Part shown: positions 52,001-62,099 of the stretch, in pieces
Layout: the number at the start of each line of letters is the position of its first letter
How positions within the stretch are numbered: the first letter of the stretch is position 1
NCBI GenBank assembly: GCA_008690995.1
Contig: VRMN01000010.1
Location: 558,001 to 622,000, forward strand
DNA length: 64,000 bases
Direction: 5' to 3'
Origin: Porphyridium purpureum
Taxonomy: Eukaryota
Made by a program: the position numbers and the translations under genes
Notes under the pieces: model-generated
Told to the model about the DNA's origin: nothing
Database searches by the model: none
The model's input: only the letters and a program-made list of their open reading frames with translations

Positions 52001-54314
52001 ACATGTATGGTACAAATATTCGCACAGCACTACACGAAAGCGAAGAGATTTGGCGGCCTTCAAATTGGCTCGGCGATGGCACGCAAGACGTGGCGCCATC
52101 GCCCAGCACAATCGAAACGATCTTGGTGTTCACACCGCCAGATGCATCGAAGCGTAGTACGCCATTCTGTACGCTCACGACGGCACCAAAGCTAGCGAGT
52201 CGTTTACCCGCATTCAAAGTCGTGGCTGGGACAATGGCCAGTCCATTCGCATTCACCACGTGTGTACTATCAAAAAAGAGTGGATCACCCACTTGCACGC
52301 GCACATCGTAAATTCCATCTTCAAGTAAAACATCAAAGACACCCGCCTGGCCAACCGCGGATTGCATCAGAACAAGTGTTTCGTCAACACCTCCCGAGCC
52401 TCGATTTCGCATATTTCCAGTAAAGTCAATCGGGAGCAGCGATGCTGCGTCGCGCCACCCAAACCACAACCCTGATGCATCCAGAGACCCGAATGGTTCA
52501 CCCGTGTTCAAAACGAAACCACCCGCCGTGCTGCTCCCTGCTGGTCCGAATGTGATGCTGATCGGGAGCGATGTAGCAACCGTGTCAACCGTGAACACAC
52601 GCACAGTCACGGTCAGCGGCACAGCGCTGCCGTCGAGTGCAGACACAGTCAGGGTCGCATCCGAGACCGGTGTGCCCACTGGGACTGCGGACGAATTCAC
52701 GCTGACGGTAAGAGAGCTCATGACAAGAGCGACCTCGACGCTGAGCCAGGTTGCAGAGACAGTCACCTCAAAGGCCGGTACAGGTATCGACGTGGTACTC
52801 AGAGACACACTCATCACCTGTGGTGCAATAGTTCCACTCTTCACAAAGTCCAGAGTCGGTGGCGTGAGAACAAACTCCGGCGGCGCCTCCATAATCATAA
52901 AGGTAGCTTCATCCTCGACGCTCAAGCCCGACGCGAGCGAAATGATCGCTGTCACAACATGAATTCCAATTGACAGCGACGAAACGTCAAATGGATTTGC
53001 CACGGAAACCAATCCGCCCTGAAAGTCCCAAGGCACTTTGCCTTCGACCTGTTTCTGCACACCATCCAAGAAGAACACCACGCCCGTCACCGCCGTGGCC
53101 GCGGGGTCCACGTCCAGAAAAATATACAGCACCGCGCTCTCATAAAACGAAGATCCTTCGAGCAACAAAGAATCGCTGCGCGACGGCACCAGGCTGTACA
53201 AGAGCGAATAGTCGTCCGCAGATGCCACACTGACCGGAATCACAATCTGAATGTGCGTGTTACTCACGGTCATCACCACAATCTGTCCAGTAAACGACAC
53301 GGCCGCATTGAGCGTTACAATCAAATCGAGTGTGCCGCTTCCGCCGGCCGGAATGCTCCCGGAAAGTGGCGCAACAGACAGCGCAGCGGCTGGCACACCA
53401 ACTAGTGACACAATAATCCCGGCTGCGTTGTCATCGGATGTGGTCAGCGAGATCGTCTGCGAGACGTTGATATCATCAAGCGAAAAGGCGAGAGAAACAG
53501 GCTCTGCAAGCAAAGAAGCCGCAATGCCACCATCATTATCAACCACAAATGTCGACGAAACGATTAATTCGGCTCCGGAGATCAGAACAAGTTTGGCGTT
53601 GATCTGGTTGGGCCCGTCGGAGAGACTGGCGGTGTCGAATGGGATAGCACCATTTGCCTGGCCACCCTCTAAATCAAATGGAGCAGAGTTCTCAGTTCGA
53701 AATGGCGGACCATCCTCCAAAAGGGTGCCTTGATTGACAAAAAACTCGACTTTGTCCACAAGCGGCAGACTGGAAACGTCCCCAGTTGACACATCTTCAA
53801 TAAAGACGTAAATCTCACCGAAAAGAGTCTGGTCATCAAGCGGCGCGCTCGGGCTGCGGCTCGGGAAAGTGCTGAATGCAATCACGTACTCCTCATTCGC
53901 ACTGCTGCTAGTGACGTCAAAGTCAGCCTGAAAGTCGACAAACGAACCATTCGAGAATGATGCTCGCGAAGACACGGTCGCTGATCCGGGCAAAAAGAAT
54001 GCAGGAATCGCCACGCTGTTTTTCCCGGTGCCTTCCAAGTCAAATGGTGCTTTCGCCTCTACCTGCGAAGGTGCGCCTGAGATGGGTCCTAGCCAGAACT
54101 CAACCTGACTGACGCCCACTGGCGAGATATCCTCGAAGATATACACGAACTGGAAGGCCGGAACTTCCGCCCCGTCAAGCGCCTGTGCGGCAGAACGGTC
54201 CGGCTGCTCCGACACGGATAAGACTGCCGCTCCGTGAGTCCATAGAAGCATCAAAAGAACCGACGCACAGCACAGCGTACGGATCTTACGACCCACTCCA
54301 CACTTGACGCTCAT
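49026..54314 (-). CDS. Large secreted multidomain protein: Ig-like repeats, malectin/lectin-like domains, glucose/sorbosone dehydrogenase-like propeller, C-terminal Kelch repeats
   Basis: Signal peptide after ATG 54314; three P(F/W)D(L/F)xG modules; HAPNQLHFGPDGRLY and FATGLRNVYD (GSDH-like); six Kelch-like GG...W units. Confidence 0.85.
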   Translation of the reverse strand: MSVKCGVGRKIRTLCCASVLLMLLWTHGAAVLSVSEQPDRSAAQALDGAEVPAFQFVYIFEDISPVGVSQVEFWLGPISGAPSQVEAKAPFDLEGTGKNSVAIPAFFLPGSATVSSRASFSNGSFVDFQADFDVTSSSANEEYVIAFSTFPSRSPSAPLDDQTLFGEIYVFIEDVSTGDVSSLPLVDKVEFFVNQGTLLEDGPPFRTENSAPFDLEGGQANGAIPFDTASLSDGPNQINAKLVLISGAELIVSSTFVVDNDGGIAASLLAEPVSLAFSLDDINVSQTISLTTSDDNAAGIIVSLVGVPAAALSVAPLSGSIPAGGSGTLDLIVTLNAAVSFTGQIVVMTVSNTHIQIVIPVSVASADDYSLLYSLVPSRSDSLLLEGSSFYESAVLYIFLDVDPAATAVTGVVFFLDGVQKQVEGKVPWDFQGGLVSVANPFDVSSLSIGIHVVTAIISLASGLSVEDEATFMIMEAPPEFVLTPPTLDFVKSGTIAPQVMSVSLSTTSIPVPAFEVTVSATWLSVEVALVMSSLTVSVNSSAVPVGTPVSDATLTVSALDGSAVPLTVTVRVFTVDTVATSLPISITFGPAGSSTAGGFVLNTGEPFGSLDASGLWFGWRDAASLLPIDFTGNMRNRGSGGVDETLVLMQSAVGQAGVFDVLLEDGIYDVRVQVGDPLFFDSTHVVNANGLAIVPATTLNAGKRLASFGAVVSVQNGVLRFDASGGVNTKIVSIVLGDGATSCVPSPSQFEGRQISSLSCSAVRIFVPYMFPSFVTGIPDGSGAPTGFTAVIPNTVGVDLNLWFDPNLLAVLPNGDGLLIAASPGSWEGTTNNVVNALAVGLPLPDQEVIVTSLIELPASPSQAGEKMCHFFGISGSDYIMVCVVLSVGSGIEVQVILEENDVANVTPFPLPVGFDGTQIAFRMELAPELNSVTVLAAANLASAVFEELIVFSDVEPSWFSKDAAGIDFLVGTRSYTGVLTEEGNGEEFVLRQFVVDAVAVPSPPPVGPTDIDWSISRINDVGFGSALVFAPNGLLYVASALGQIFAVDVNAGIVLQTYQASEYTSFAVGSEGRLTLGITVDPQSTPELITLWMSHSDASFSDGDANSGTVSRMTLNGLDGSVLSSHDVIVGLPRAIANHAPNQLHFGPDGRLYHAIGGNTGAGASNDGGSEFGPRPEQPLSAALLVLDVNQDLSLLDLDCTPEQDPLGVIMDATGVAFTSIDCDVSIFATGLRNVYDFTFVADDGFPAGAFLIYAQDNGLGVEGTAPPLRDAQGECLGQITGKANRDALNPGARDDLLYILEQGRYYGHPNPSRGECVFAAGNPPNPGAFEVLRSEGGTYSLTAPSIYPTQTLPEPSYSLPEYSLGSSRSANGLLTYESFAFCGELRKDLLSVWYSVGDQVRRLIRVSGQVVNDETLTRSTTGTGGVKLSNPLAVAEDPLGRLVVTEFGASRLTVFTPVGPGCWQAPGVGTPALPLELVDAGSVALGTKLYLFGGKNDNGVFANTLAFDAWKNEWSAIGELAPIPYGAVENPGVVEAGGLVYVIGGSTLAFSGQVNGAARYNPVSDTWESLPSLPTARAGAVVVLFQNEIWVIGGLVASGGGSSTDVVEILNLNTMTWRAGPSLPAVRDNAVGAVVGGEILVFGGRNRQVGEDASSVFSFNGAAWSSRASMPTARRTGCARVVESESSVVVIGGEFANNIASAAVEAYDPGSNSWTVLSDMPDGRHGVACGRIGNGIFVAGGKTSGPILTRDDMQVFRYM

Positions 54315-55132
54315 ACTGTCGAGCAAAGACCGACCACTCGCGCCGTCCTCCGCGGGCACGTACCACTCCTGTGCAGTCCAGTAGTCAGACGACTGTCCCA
54401 ATACCTTCCACAACCACGGCTCTCAATCCTGTGTGACGGCAAAACTCCGAACAAGACTGCCAGACCCTTACCTCGGCCATCCACGGCTCACTGTGTAGCG
54501 CGGTTGCCCGTAACTCCTTAAATATCCGCCAGGCCCGGACGAACACAGGAAGCCGTGCGCAAAACTTGCATGAATCCATAGCAGCTACAGAAGCACAGAC
54601 CAAGCCACCATCCGCTCGTGCGTCATGACGGTTGACTGTTGGGCCCTAGCTGCCCATGACAACCCCGTACGGTGTTGTGAAAACTCGTTGCCATGTCCAT
54701 CATCACGTTGCAAAGACGCGGACACGCGGATACGCTCACGTCGCCCCGCGCGTGACCCGATGCTAGACCAGTCTGACCACATTGCTTCTTTGCCTTTCGG
54801 CTGTCCAAGTTGTCAACGCCATCTTGCGTCGCGCAGCAGTGACGCACGACTCGTCGCAATTGAATGGAAATACCCGCCTCAAAGGCGAACGGACGGTACG
54901 GCAATCAGCGCTACGCGTACGCGCCGCCCACGGCGCGTGAAGGGTGTGGCGGTGCGGTAAGATCAAAAACGCCCAGCTTTACCGGTACTCAACGAGCCTG
55001 CTCAACGAAAGCAACCCATACCGCAACGCATGAGCAAGTGCACATGTCGGCCCTTCCTGGTCGCTCTAATCACCGCTCGGCTCAACAACATGGACTCAAA
55101 CTGTACACTACTATCTAGTGTACCCACTACGT

Positions 55133-55486
55133 TGTTCATAGACGTCCAAACGGTTAATCGTCTAGTGGTTATACGGTTTAACGCCTTGGACCGTTTGAAC
55201 TGTTTAATGTGTTCGGTCGGGTGTGAGCCTGCGTTCGAGCCCGAGCTTTGGGCACGTATATATGCGACATTTCTAGAAGCCCACTGCTGACGTTTCCTTG
55301 TTGTTTCGTGTCTTCGCGCCGCCGCCACAGTGCAACTGGAGTGGTGTAAAATGCGGCAGGGCCAAGATGAGGTAGTTGGTTGCGGTGTAGCGTTTGGGTA
55401 GGCGAATATGTTTTTGACGCTAGTGGTTTTTACAAAGTAAACCTGTTCTTTAGTTTTAAGGGTTTACGCCGGGGAGTGTTTGAACA
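55133..55486 (+). repeat. 5' LTR of the copia element
   Basis: TGTT...AACA termini; aligns end to end with 60656-61008. Confidence 0.88.
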
Positions 55487-57123
55487 CAAAAACATTCAAC
55501 GCCTCCTTCGTCCGTCAAGGGTACGGCGACAAGTAGGATCTCCCGTGAAGGGTGCGGGGGCGACAAAGCCGGCGGCGCTGGCAGGAAGTTCGAGCGGCTT
55601 GCGGCGGGCTACATGGCCAAGAAGATTGCCGAGAAGAGAGCAACAGAGGGACTCCCGCTCCTGAAGAATGATGCGACCGAGAAGCGGCCGGCCGAGACAG
55701 TCACGGAATGGCTCCGTGCGCTTGGCGGCTACACAGTCATTGAGTTCGGCTTGGTTGAACCGATTTTCGATCTCAAGAAAAAAAGGCACCCAGAGGGCCC
55801 GGCCCTACCGAACACAGAGGAGCCCTAGAATTGGAGAGAAAAGGAAATCGCCAAATCACAGTTGAGGGTGGCGCTCAAATGAAGCGCGGATATGGAGCTC
55901 GGGAGATCCAGAATTTATGCGATTACGCGCGGACAGCTATCCACGTCTTCCGTCGCGGCTCTTTCTGCTCGCCCGCAGCTCAAGATGCTTGACAGATCTC
56001 GCAAAGATCCTCTCCAGTTGAAAAATCTCATCGTCGTGGTGCACCTGACACCGTATTGCGCATCCATGGATCGTTGCCGTACGTTTGCACGTGAGCGGTT
56101 CCAAGTAATAGAAATTGGAACGGATTCGCTGGATGATTTCAAACCCAGGTTTGCGGCTGCGACGATCGTTATCGCTCTTGTAGGCGAAGAAATGAGTGCA
56201 GCGCGTCCGGCGGACGAGTTCTTCCACACATTGGAGCGGTCGCGCTTCGCAGAGGCAATTCGACAAGCCCAAAATTTCGAACGGCAATTTGGGAGCGTAC
56301 AGAACGTTGTTATGTACGTCTCCGCGTATACATACGCGGATTGTTACCTGTTCGCTTCCGTTGCGCAATCGAAGGAAACTCAGGTAGCCGCCGAGCCGGC
56401 CGGTGTGAGTGGCGAAGCGGCCGCTGCAGTCGCAAAGGCTGATGGAAGCGGTTCCAAGGGGAAGTGTCATTTTTGTGGTGTTCCCGGACACCTAGTGAAA
56501 ATCTGCTGGAAGAAGAAGAAGGTACTGGGAAGGAATCAGACCAGGGACGCTCACACGCGAGCCAGGGAAGAAAAACTTGGCGAGTACCAGCCTGAGCTTC
56601 ATGACCTCAAGCTGGAGCTCAAGAAAGAGCGCACGGTCGAGTGAGGAATCGACCCGTTGCGACATGTGTTTCTCCACCGGGCGACAAACAGAGAAGCAGC
56701 CAAAGGTGGCCTTGATACTATGGCTTCGGAGCATATGTTTTCGAGTGGTGAGGCGGTTATGAACGTGCGTAAGACGGACAAGAAGGTCGTGCTGCACGGA
56801 ATGGACGCCGGATCAAGCGGACTTTTCGTGGACGAAATTGCTGACACCAAATTTGGCGAAGTGTATTTCTCACAGGAAATGGCCAGCAATTTCTTGTCAT
56901 TCGCCAAGCTCAGGAACGAAGACAAGGGCACCAAGTATGACGTGGCCGGGGACGTGGTTGTTGTGCTGTAACTTGACAACAAGGAATTGCGTTTTTGACA
57001 GGATCAGGGGCTGTATGTAGCGGATATCTGTTGCTAAAGTGGTGAGATAACCGAATGCGCAGCTCTTTGCAATAGTTTGACGCATGCGCTTGACAACATA
57101 CCCGCACACAAATGCTTCTCCAC

Positions 57124-57407
57124 TGTTACCAATGCTGTGCCTTTATTCTCTCTCTCTTCTGTCTCCGAGCAAGACCTGACCGGCTAGTCCAAGCAGGCGC
57201 GTCGCCTTTTTATACCTGTACTTCCGCTAGGGACAGTAAGGCGCCAAGAGAAATGACAATGCAAATCATTGGCAATTCTGGGCGCGTCTAGAAGGTTCTG
57301 GAACCTCTAGAAGCTTCTAGAAACGGTTAAACGGTCTACCGGTTTAACGGCTTACCGGTTTCGGATTAACCGAACCGTTCTAGGTGACTGGGGTCGAACG
57401 GATAACA
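57124..57407 (-). mobile_element. Nested solo LTR (284 bp) of a different family
   Basis: TGTTA...TAACA termini; 5-bp TSD TCCAC at 57119-57123 and 57408-57412; TATAAAAA and AATAAA on the minus strand. Confidence 0.85.
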
Positions 57408-60400
57408 TCCACTGACAGCTACCACAACTCCATGCCACCTACAGGCATACCACTAGCTCGTAGCGGCAAACCTTCACCCTTCACAAAGCAAGAGATAGCG
57501 CGGGCAGAACGAGCGCGTGACTTACAACGTCGCCTGGAATTCCCTTCGTTCGACAAGCTGAAAAAAGTGCTTAGGTGCGGGGATGTCGAAAATTGTAATT
57601 TGACCGCGCGGGATGCACAGAGCTGAACAGTTGTTTGGCCCAAGCGAAGCCGCGATCAAAGGAAAGGCAACTGGTCACAAGCCTACGGAAGTTGGCCACG
57701 TCCCAATGAGAAATGAGGAGGTCTACCAAGAGATGCATTCGGATATCCACTTTCTCTGCGGATAAGCCTTCTTAATTTCATTCGTGAAACCCATGCACTT
57801 AATTCCGACAACAGCGATCAGAGCCAAGACGTTTTGGGAGCTGCGCCGGGCACTGCAAGAACAAATTGCCAGTGTGCGAGGTCACAGGGTGGTGATCAGG
57901 GTCGTCAAGTCGGACAGGGAATCGGGCATTGTTACTATCCTTGACGATATGAAAAGGCCCGGCATACTACCAAATGTCACTGGAGCGAAAGAGGCCGTAC
58001 CGGCAGTGGAGCGTGCAAATAGTACGTTGAAGGACAGAACAAGAGCTGTCATGCATGGTCTACCCTTTGCAATGCCGACCACTTTGGTTGCAGAGCTAAT
58101 GAAGTATGTGACTCACCGAGCCAGTATCGTACCAAGCAGCAGAGGTTGGTGAGATGACGAGACCCCGTGGATTAGGACGACCGGGTGAAAAGTTTGCAGC
58201 ACAGACGATGTGAGCCTTGGTTTTGGCGATTACGTCCTCATCATGTATACCAAGGTGGACAACACGACGGCACCGCGCGCCACTGGCTGTATACTTCTAT
58301 ACCCCGTAGAGAAATTTGAAGGAGCGCGGGCATTTCTGAACCTCGCGTCGCAGAAAGAGTTGCGCAGGCAACGGTAGAGGAAAACTGTCATTACACAAGA
58401 GGTTGTTGCCGCTGTCAATGCAATGCGTGGCACTGCGCGCCTTGAACCCGCGACAGAAGATCATGAGCATGAGGCGGAAAAACATGACCCCGCCGGACAG
58501 GAGGCAGGTAAGCCAGCTGGGGCAGCAGCGACTCGAACAGCTAGTGGGTTTACCTTGTCAGCCGGAGCGTTTAGCGAGACACGTACACGGCATCCTGCGA
58601 ATTAGCATGAAGAAGTTCTGGAGACTTCGCGCGCATAAGCAGTAGTAGAATCATCACGGCCGAACCGTTATCCAGGAGTGGAAGAAAATGCAGAAGAAAT
58701 TTCGGGATTGCGGGTTGAAGCAATCGAGAAAAGAATTGAGGAATTATCTCGAAAAGAGGCCCTTCTGCAGAAACAGATCCGCGCGCTAGACAAACGTGCT
58801 GCTGCTCACCAAGTGAGCGACAGTAACGACGCCCTAGACGAAGCCATGGCTGTTCAGGCTGGCCTGATCGAAGAGGTACGTGCAGAGTGGGAGCCCACAG
58901 ATGGCACAAAGGCAACGAAAGAAGTATTGGACGGAGACGGGGAGCAGGTTGGATTGTTTAATACCGGCCAATTCAGCAACAAAAGGACGGCAACGGATCA
59001 AGGCGGAAGCGACGGGTGCAATGCAAACGCAGGGGAAGCAAAAAGGTGCAGACTTAGGCTAGTTCTAATTCTTGAGTTTATTCAAGAGCACTGTTTGAAA
59101 GCGCCGGCCGTCTCGTGGTTGAGAGCAGTCCGAGAGTATGGCGAGCCTGCGTTGCTCAATTTTTTGCCGTGCATTTGTTTGTCACGGAGAAACGTGACCC
59201 GCAAACCGGAGAGCTTGTGCGCTTGAAAGCTCGACTGGCTGCCGGGGGTGATCGACAGGATCCGGAGTTGTACCCAAATACGTCGTCCCCAACAGTTGCT
59301 ACGGAGTCGTTGTTTGCGCTCGCTGCCATGTCAGCAACACAGGGGAGAAAGATTGGCAGTGTAGATTTTTAGGTGCGTATTTGAATGCAGTGATGCCAGA
59401 CGGTGATCCACCCATTTTCGATCGGTTCGAAAAGGCGCTGGCAGAGTGTATGACGACCGCTGATCCGACACTCCAAAGCTATTTGCCTGCTGGTGGATCA
59501 GTCTGTCGCTCAAAGAAAGCATTATAACGGTTGCCGCACGAGCCCAAAATTGTGGTTTGACCATCTATGTCGAAGCCTCGCGGCGTTGTGATACCAAAGA
59601 AGCATGGTAGACTACTGCGTGTTCAGAAACAATGAAGACGACACCTGGCTAGCGTTCCACGTGGACGACACGAAGATTATGGCTGTAATTGACGCCGCGA
59701 TGGTCAAACTATTAAAGGGACTCGAGCCGGAGTACAGAGTGCTCACGATGCGCAGCGGCAGTGTGATTGAATACTTACAAATGGTTTTTGACTATAACGA
59801 ACCTGGTCGAGGTACCGTCAGGATGCCCGCGTACGCGGACAAGATCTTTGAGCAGGCCGAGCCATTTGTACAGGGCAAGGTTGGTGGTAAATGGCCCGCC
59901 TTGGACGACCTGTTTTAGGTTCACGACTCGCCATTCTTGGCTGCTTCCTCCGCGAGAGCTTTCCACACGACATCGTGCCAAAGTCTTTATCTCAGCAAGA
60001 GGGCGAGACCAGATCTGCTGGTCGCGGCACCTTTCTTGACGGGTCGAGTGTAAGCCTCAACCGAACAAAACAGAGAAAAGCTAAGCAGAGATGTGCAGCA
60101 CTTACCAGGAACGCGCGAGCTGGGACCCACACTCGGGTGCGTCCGAGCGCCGCGCGTGCACTGTTTCATTGACGCGTCCTTTAGTGTGCAAAGCGAAATT
60201 AAGAGCCACTCTGGCTGCGTGGTCAGCCTGGGGCGCGGAACGGTGTACGGGAAGAGCAGCCGTCAGAGTCTCGTGTCCAAGAGCTCAACAGAGGCAGAGC
60301 TAGTCGCCATCAGTGACTGCATATGTCAAGCTTTCTGGATCGAGAGGTTAATGCGAGGGATCGGTGTGGAATGCCTTGGCACCATACTGTACCAAGATAA

Positions 60401-60655
60401 CGAGGCCACCATGAAAGTAGTTCGCAGCGGGCGTCCCAACTCGTCGCAAACTCGACACTTTGCTCTAAGGCACTTCTTCGTCAGCGATAGAGTCGCAAGC
60501 GGCGAGTTAGAGATGACGTACTGCCCCACGAAGCAGATGTTGGCGGACGCTGACACCAAGCCCCTGCAAGGAAGAGCTTTCCGCTCACTCCGCGAACACA
60601 TGTTGGGCGTTGAATTCGTGTATCCAGCGCAGGCTACCACGGACCGACGGAAGTG

Positions 60656-61008
60656 TCTTGATATACATGCAAACGGACAATGGTCTAATTGTTATTTGTT
60701 TCCACGATTTGGACCTTTTAACTGCTGAAGGTGTTCGGTCGAGAGCGAGCCTGCATTCGAGTTCGAGCTTTGGCCATGTATACATGCGACGTTTCTAGAA
60801 GCCCACTAATGACGTTTCCTTGTTGTTTTGCGCCTTTGCCCCGCCGCCACAGTGCAACTGGAGTGGTGTAAAATGCGGCAGGGCCAAGGTGAGGTAGTTG
60901 GTCGCGGTGTAGCGTCTGGGTAGGCGAGTATTTTTTTGACGCGAAAGCCGTTCCAAAGCAAACCTATTCATGAGTGCTAAGGGTTTACGCCGGGGGCGTA
61001 TTTCAACA
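60656..61008 (+). repeat. 3' LTR of the copia element
   Basis: Direct repeat of 55133-55486, directly after RNase H; ends CAACA. Confidence 0.88.
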
Positions 61009-62099
61009 TTCACATTTTATGGAACTTACGCACGGAAAGGATTTGTGCACAAGGACGATGCAGCCATGCGCAAGCGACAGGTGGAGGAAGCAACAAGTGA
61101 AGAATCACTGAGGTCGACAGGTCAGTGTGAGAGAGCGGAGGTAATGCACCGAAATGCGCGCTCGAGCAGAGCCGGAAGAATCACGGTGATTGTGCGTGAC
61201 GTGGCATCCAAGCAGAGTATTAACTTAGTCTGCACAAACCGACCAGATGGATGAGTGCGAAGGGTCGCGAAAACGCAGAGGGCGTAGCACTATGACTTCG
61301 CACTCTGGACTGTCGAGTAAATGCTCAAGAGCTATTCAATCAAACCCTTCTGTCAGTGACAAAGAATATCAAGGAATGTTGCACAACGTGGATGGAGGCT
61401 TACGCAAGCGATGGGCGGAGGATGAATTCGAGCGGGAGTTGATGAATGGACAGAGACGGGAGCTGGAAGGAAAAGATAGAGGTGAGGCGGAAGGCGGGGC
61501 TGGAGAGGGGGTTGGCCGACACACTGATGTGCATTTGTGGGAGAATGAAGGCGGACATATGTCGGCGCCACGACGTCAGACAGTGTGGAGATGCCTGGCC
61601 GCAGGCGGGTAGAGATGGGCGAGGTTATTTGAAGGACTCTTGGTTAGATCGTAGAAGAAGGACTGAAAGTCTCGTGGAGTGAAAGCAGAATTGGCTTGGT
61701 TTGTCACGACAGCTTGCAGGGATTCTTCGGTGGTTGGGATTTGAGCGAAGCGACTGGAGAGAGCGGACGCGGATAAAGGGGCTCTTCGTTGCTCAGTTTC
61801 CCCCGCGACCGCAACACGACAGGACCTTCTCAAGGTAATCTGTAGTTTATAGTAAATTCGATAGTTCTGGTGCATACATCCGTGTTCTCCGATGCAGGAA
61901 CAGGAAATACGAGGAAGGACCCGCTCTTTTTTCTGGGTTGCGATTCCGTCTCACCCGTCCTCCCTCTCCCTTTTCTACTCTAGCTTCTCTCGCCTCTTTG
62001 TCGCTCTTGCGATCTCCTCTCTTGAAGTCCGCCGTTCACGACAGAGGTAAATAGTAGGAGGCCGGGCTAGCCCTAAGTCTAACCGAGTAAGGGTTATAT

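Larger units (their letters stand above)
55133..61008 (+). mobile_element. Degenerate Ty1/copia LTR retrotransposon (CoDi-like motifs)
   Basis: Order is gag zinc knuckle CHFCGVPGHLVKIC (about 56460), protease LDTMASEHMF (about 56710), integrase (SDIHF, KSDRESG, VERANSTLKDR), RT (LKARLAAGGDRQD, SSPTV, FHVDD), RNase H (DASF...KSH, SSTEAEL, QDN, ADADTKPLQG). Many stops and frameshifts; flanked by direct repeats. Confidence 0.92.

Noticed and set aside
1..54400. Numerous long antisense or overlapping ORFs in the track (e.g. 2258..3124, 11199..12002, 13635..14402, 24954..25826, 51333..52157)
   Set aside because: They are shadows of real genes or low-complexity DNA expected at high GC, with no recognisable domains.
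55215..55250. tRNA-like GTTCGAG T-loop in the LTR
   Set aside because: No cloverleaf can be built, and the motif is not conserved in the 3' LTR.
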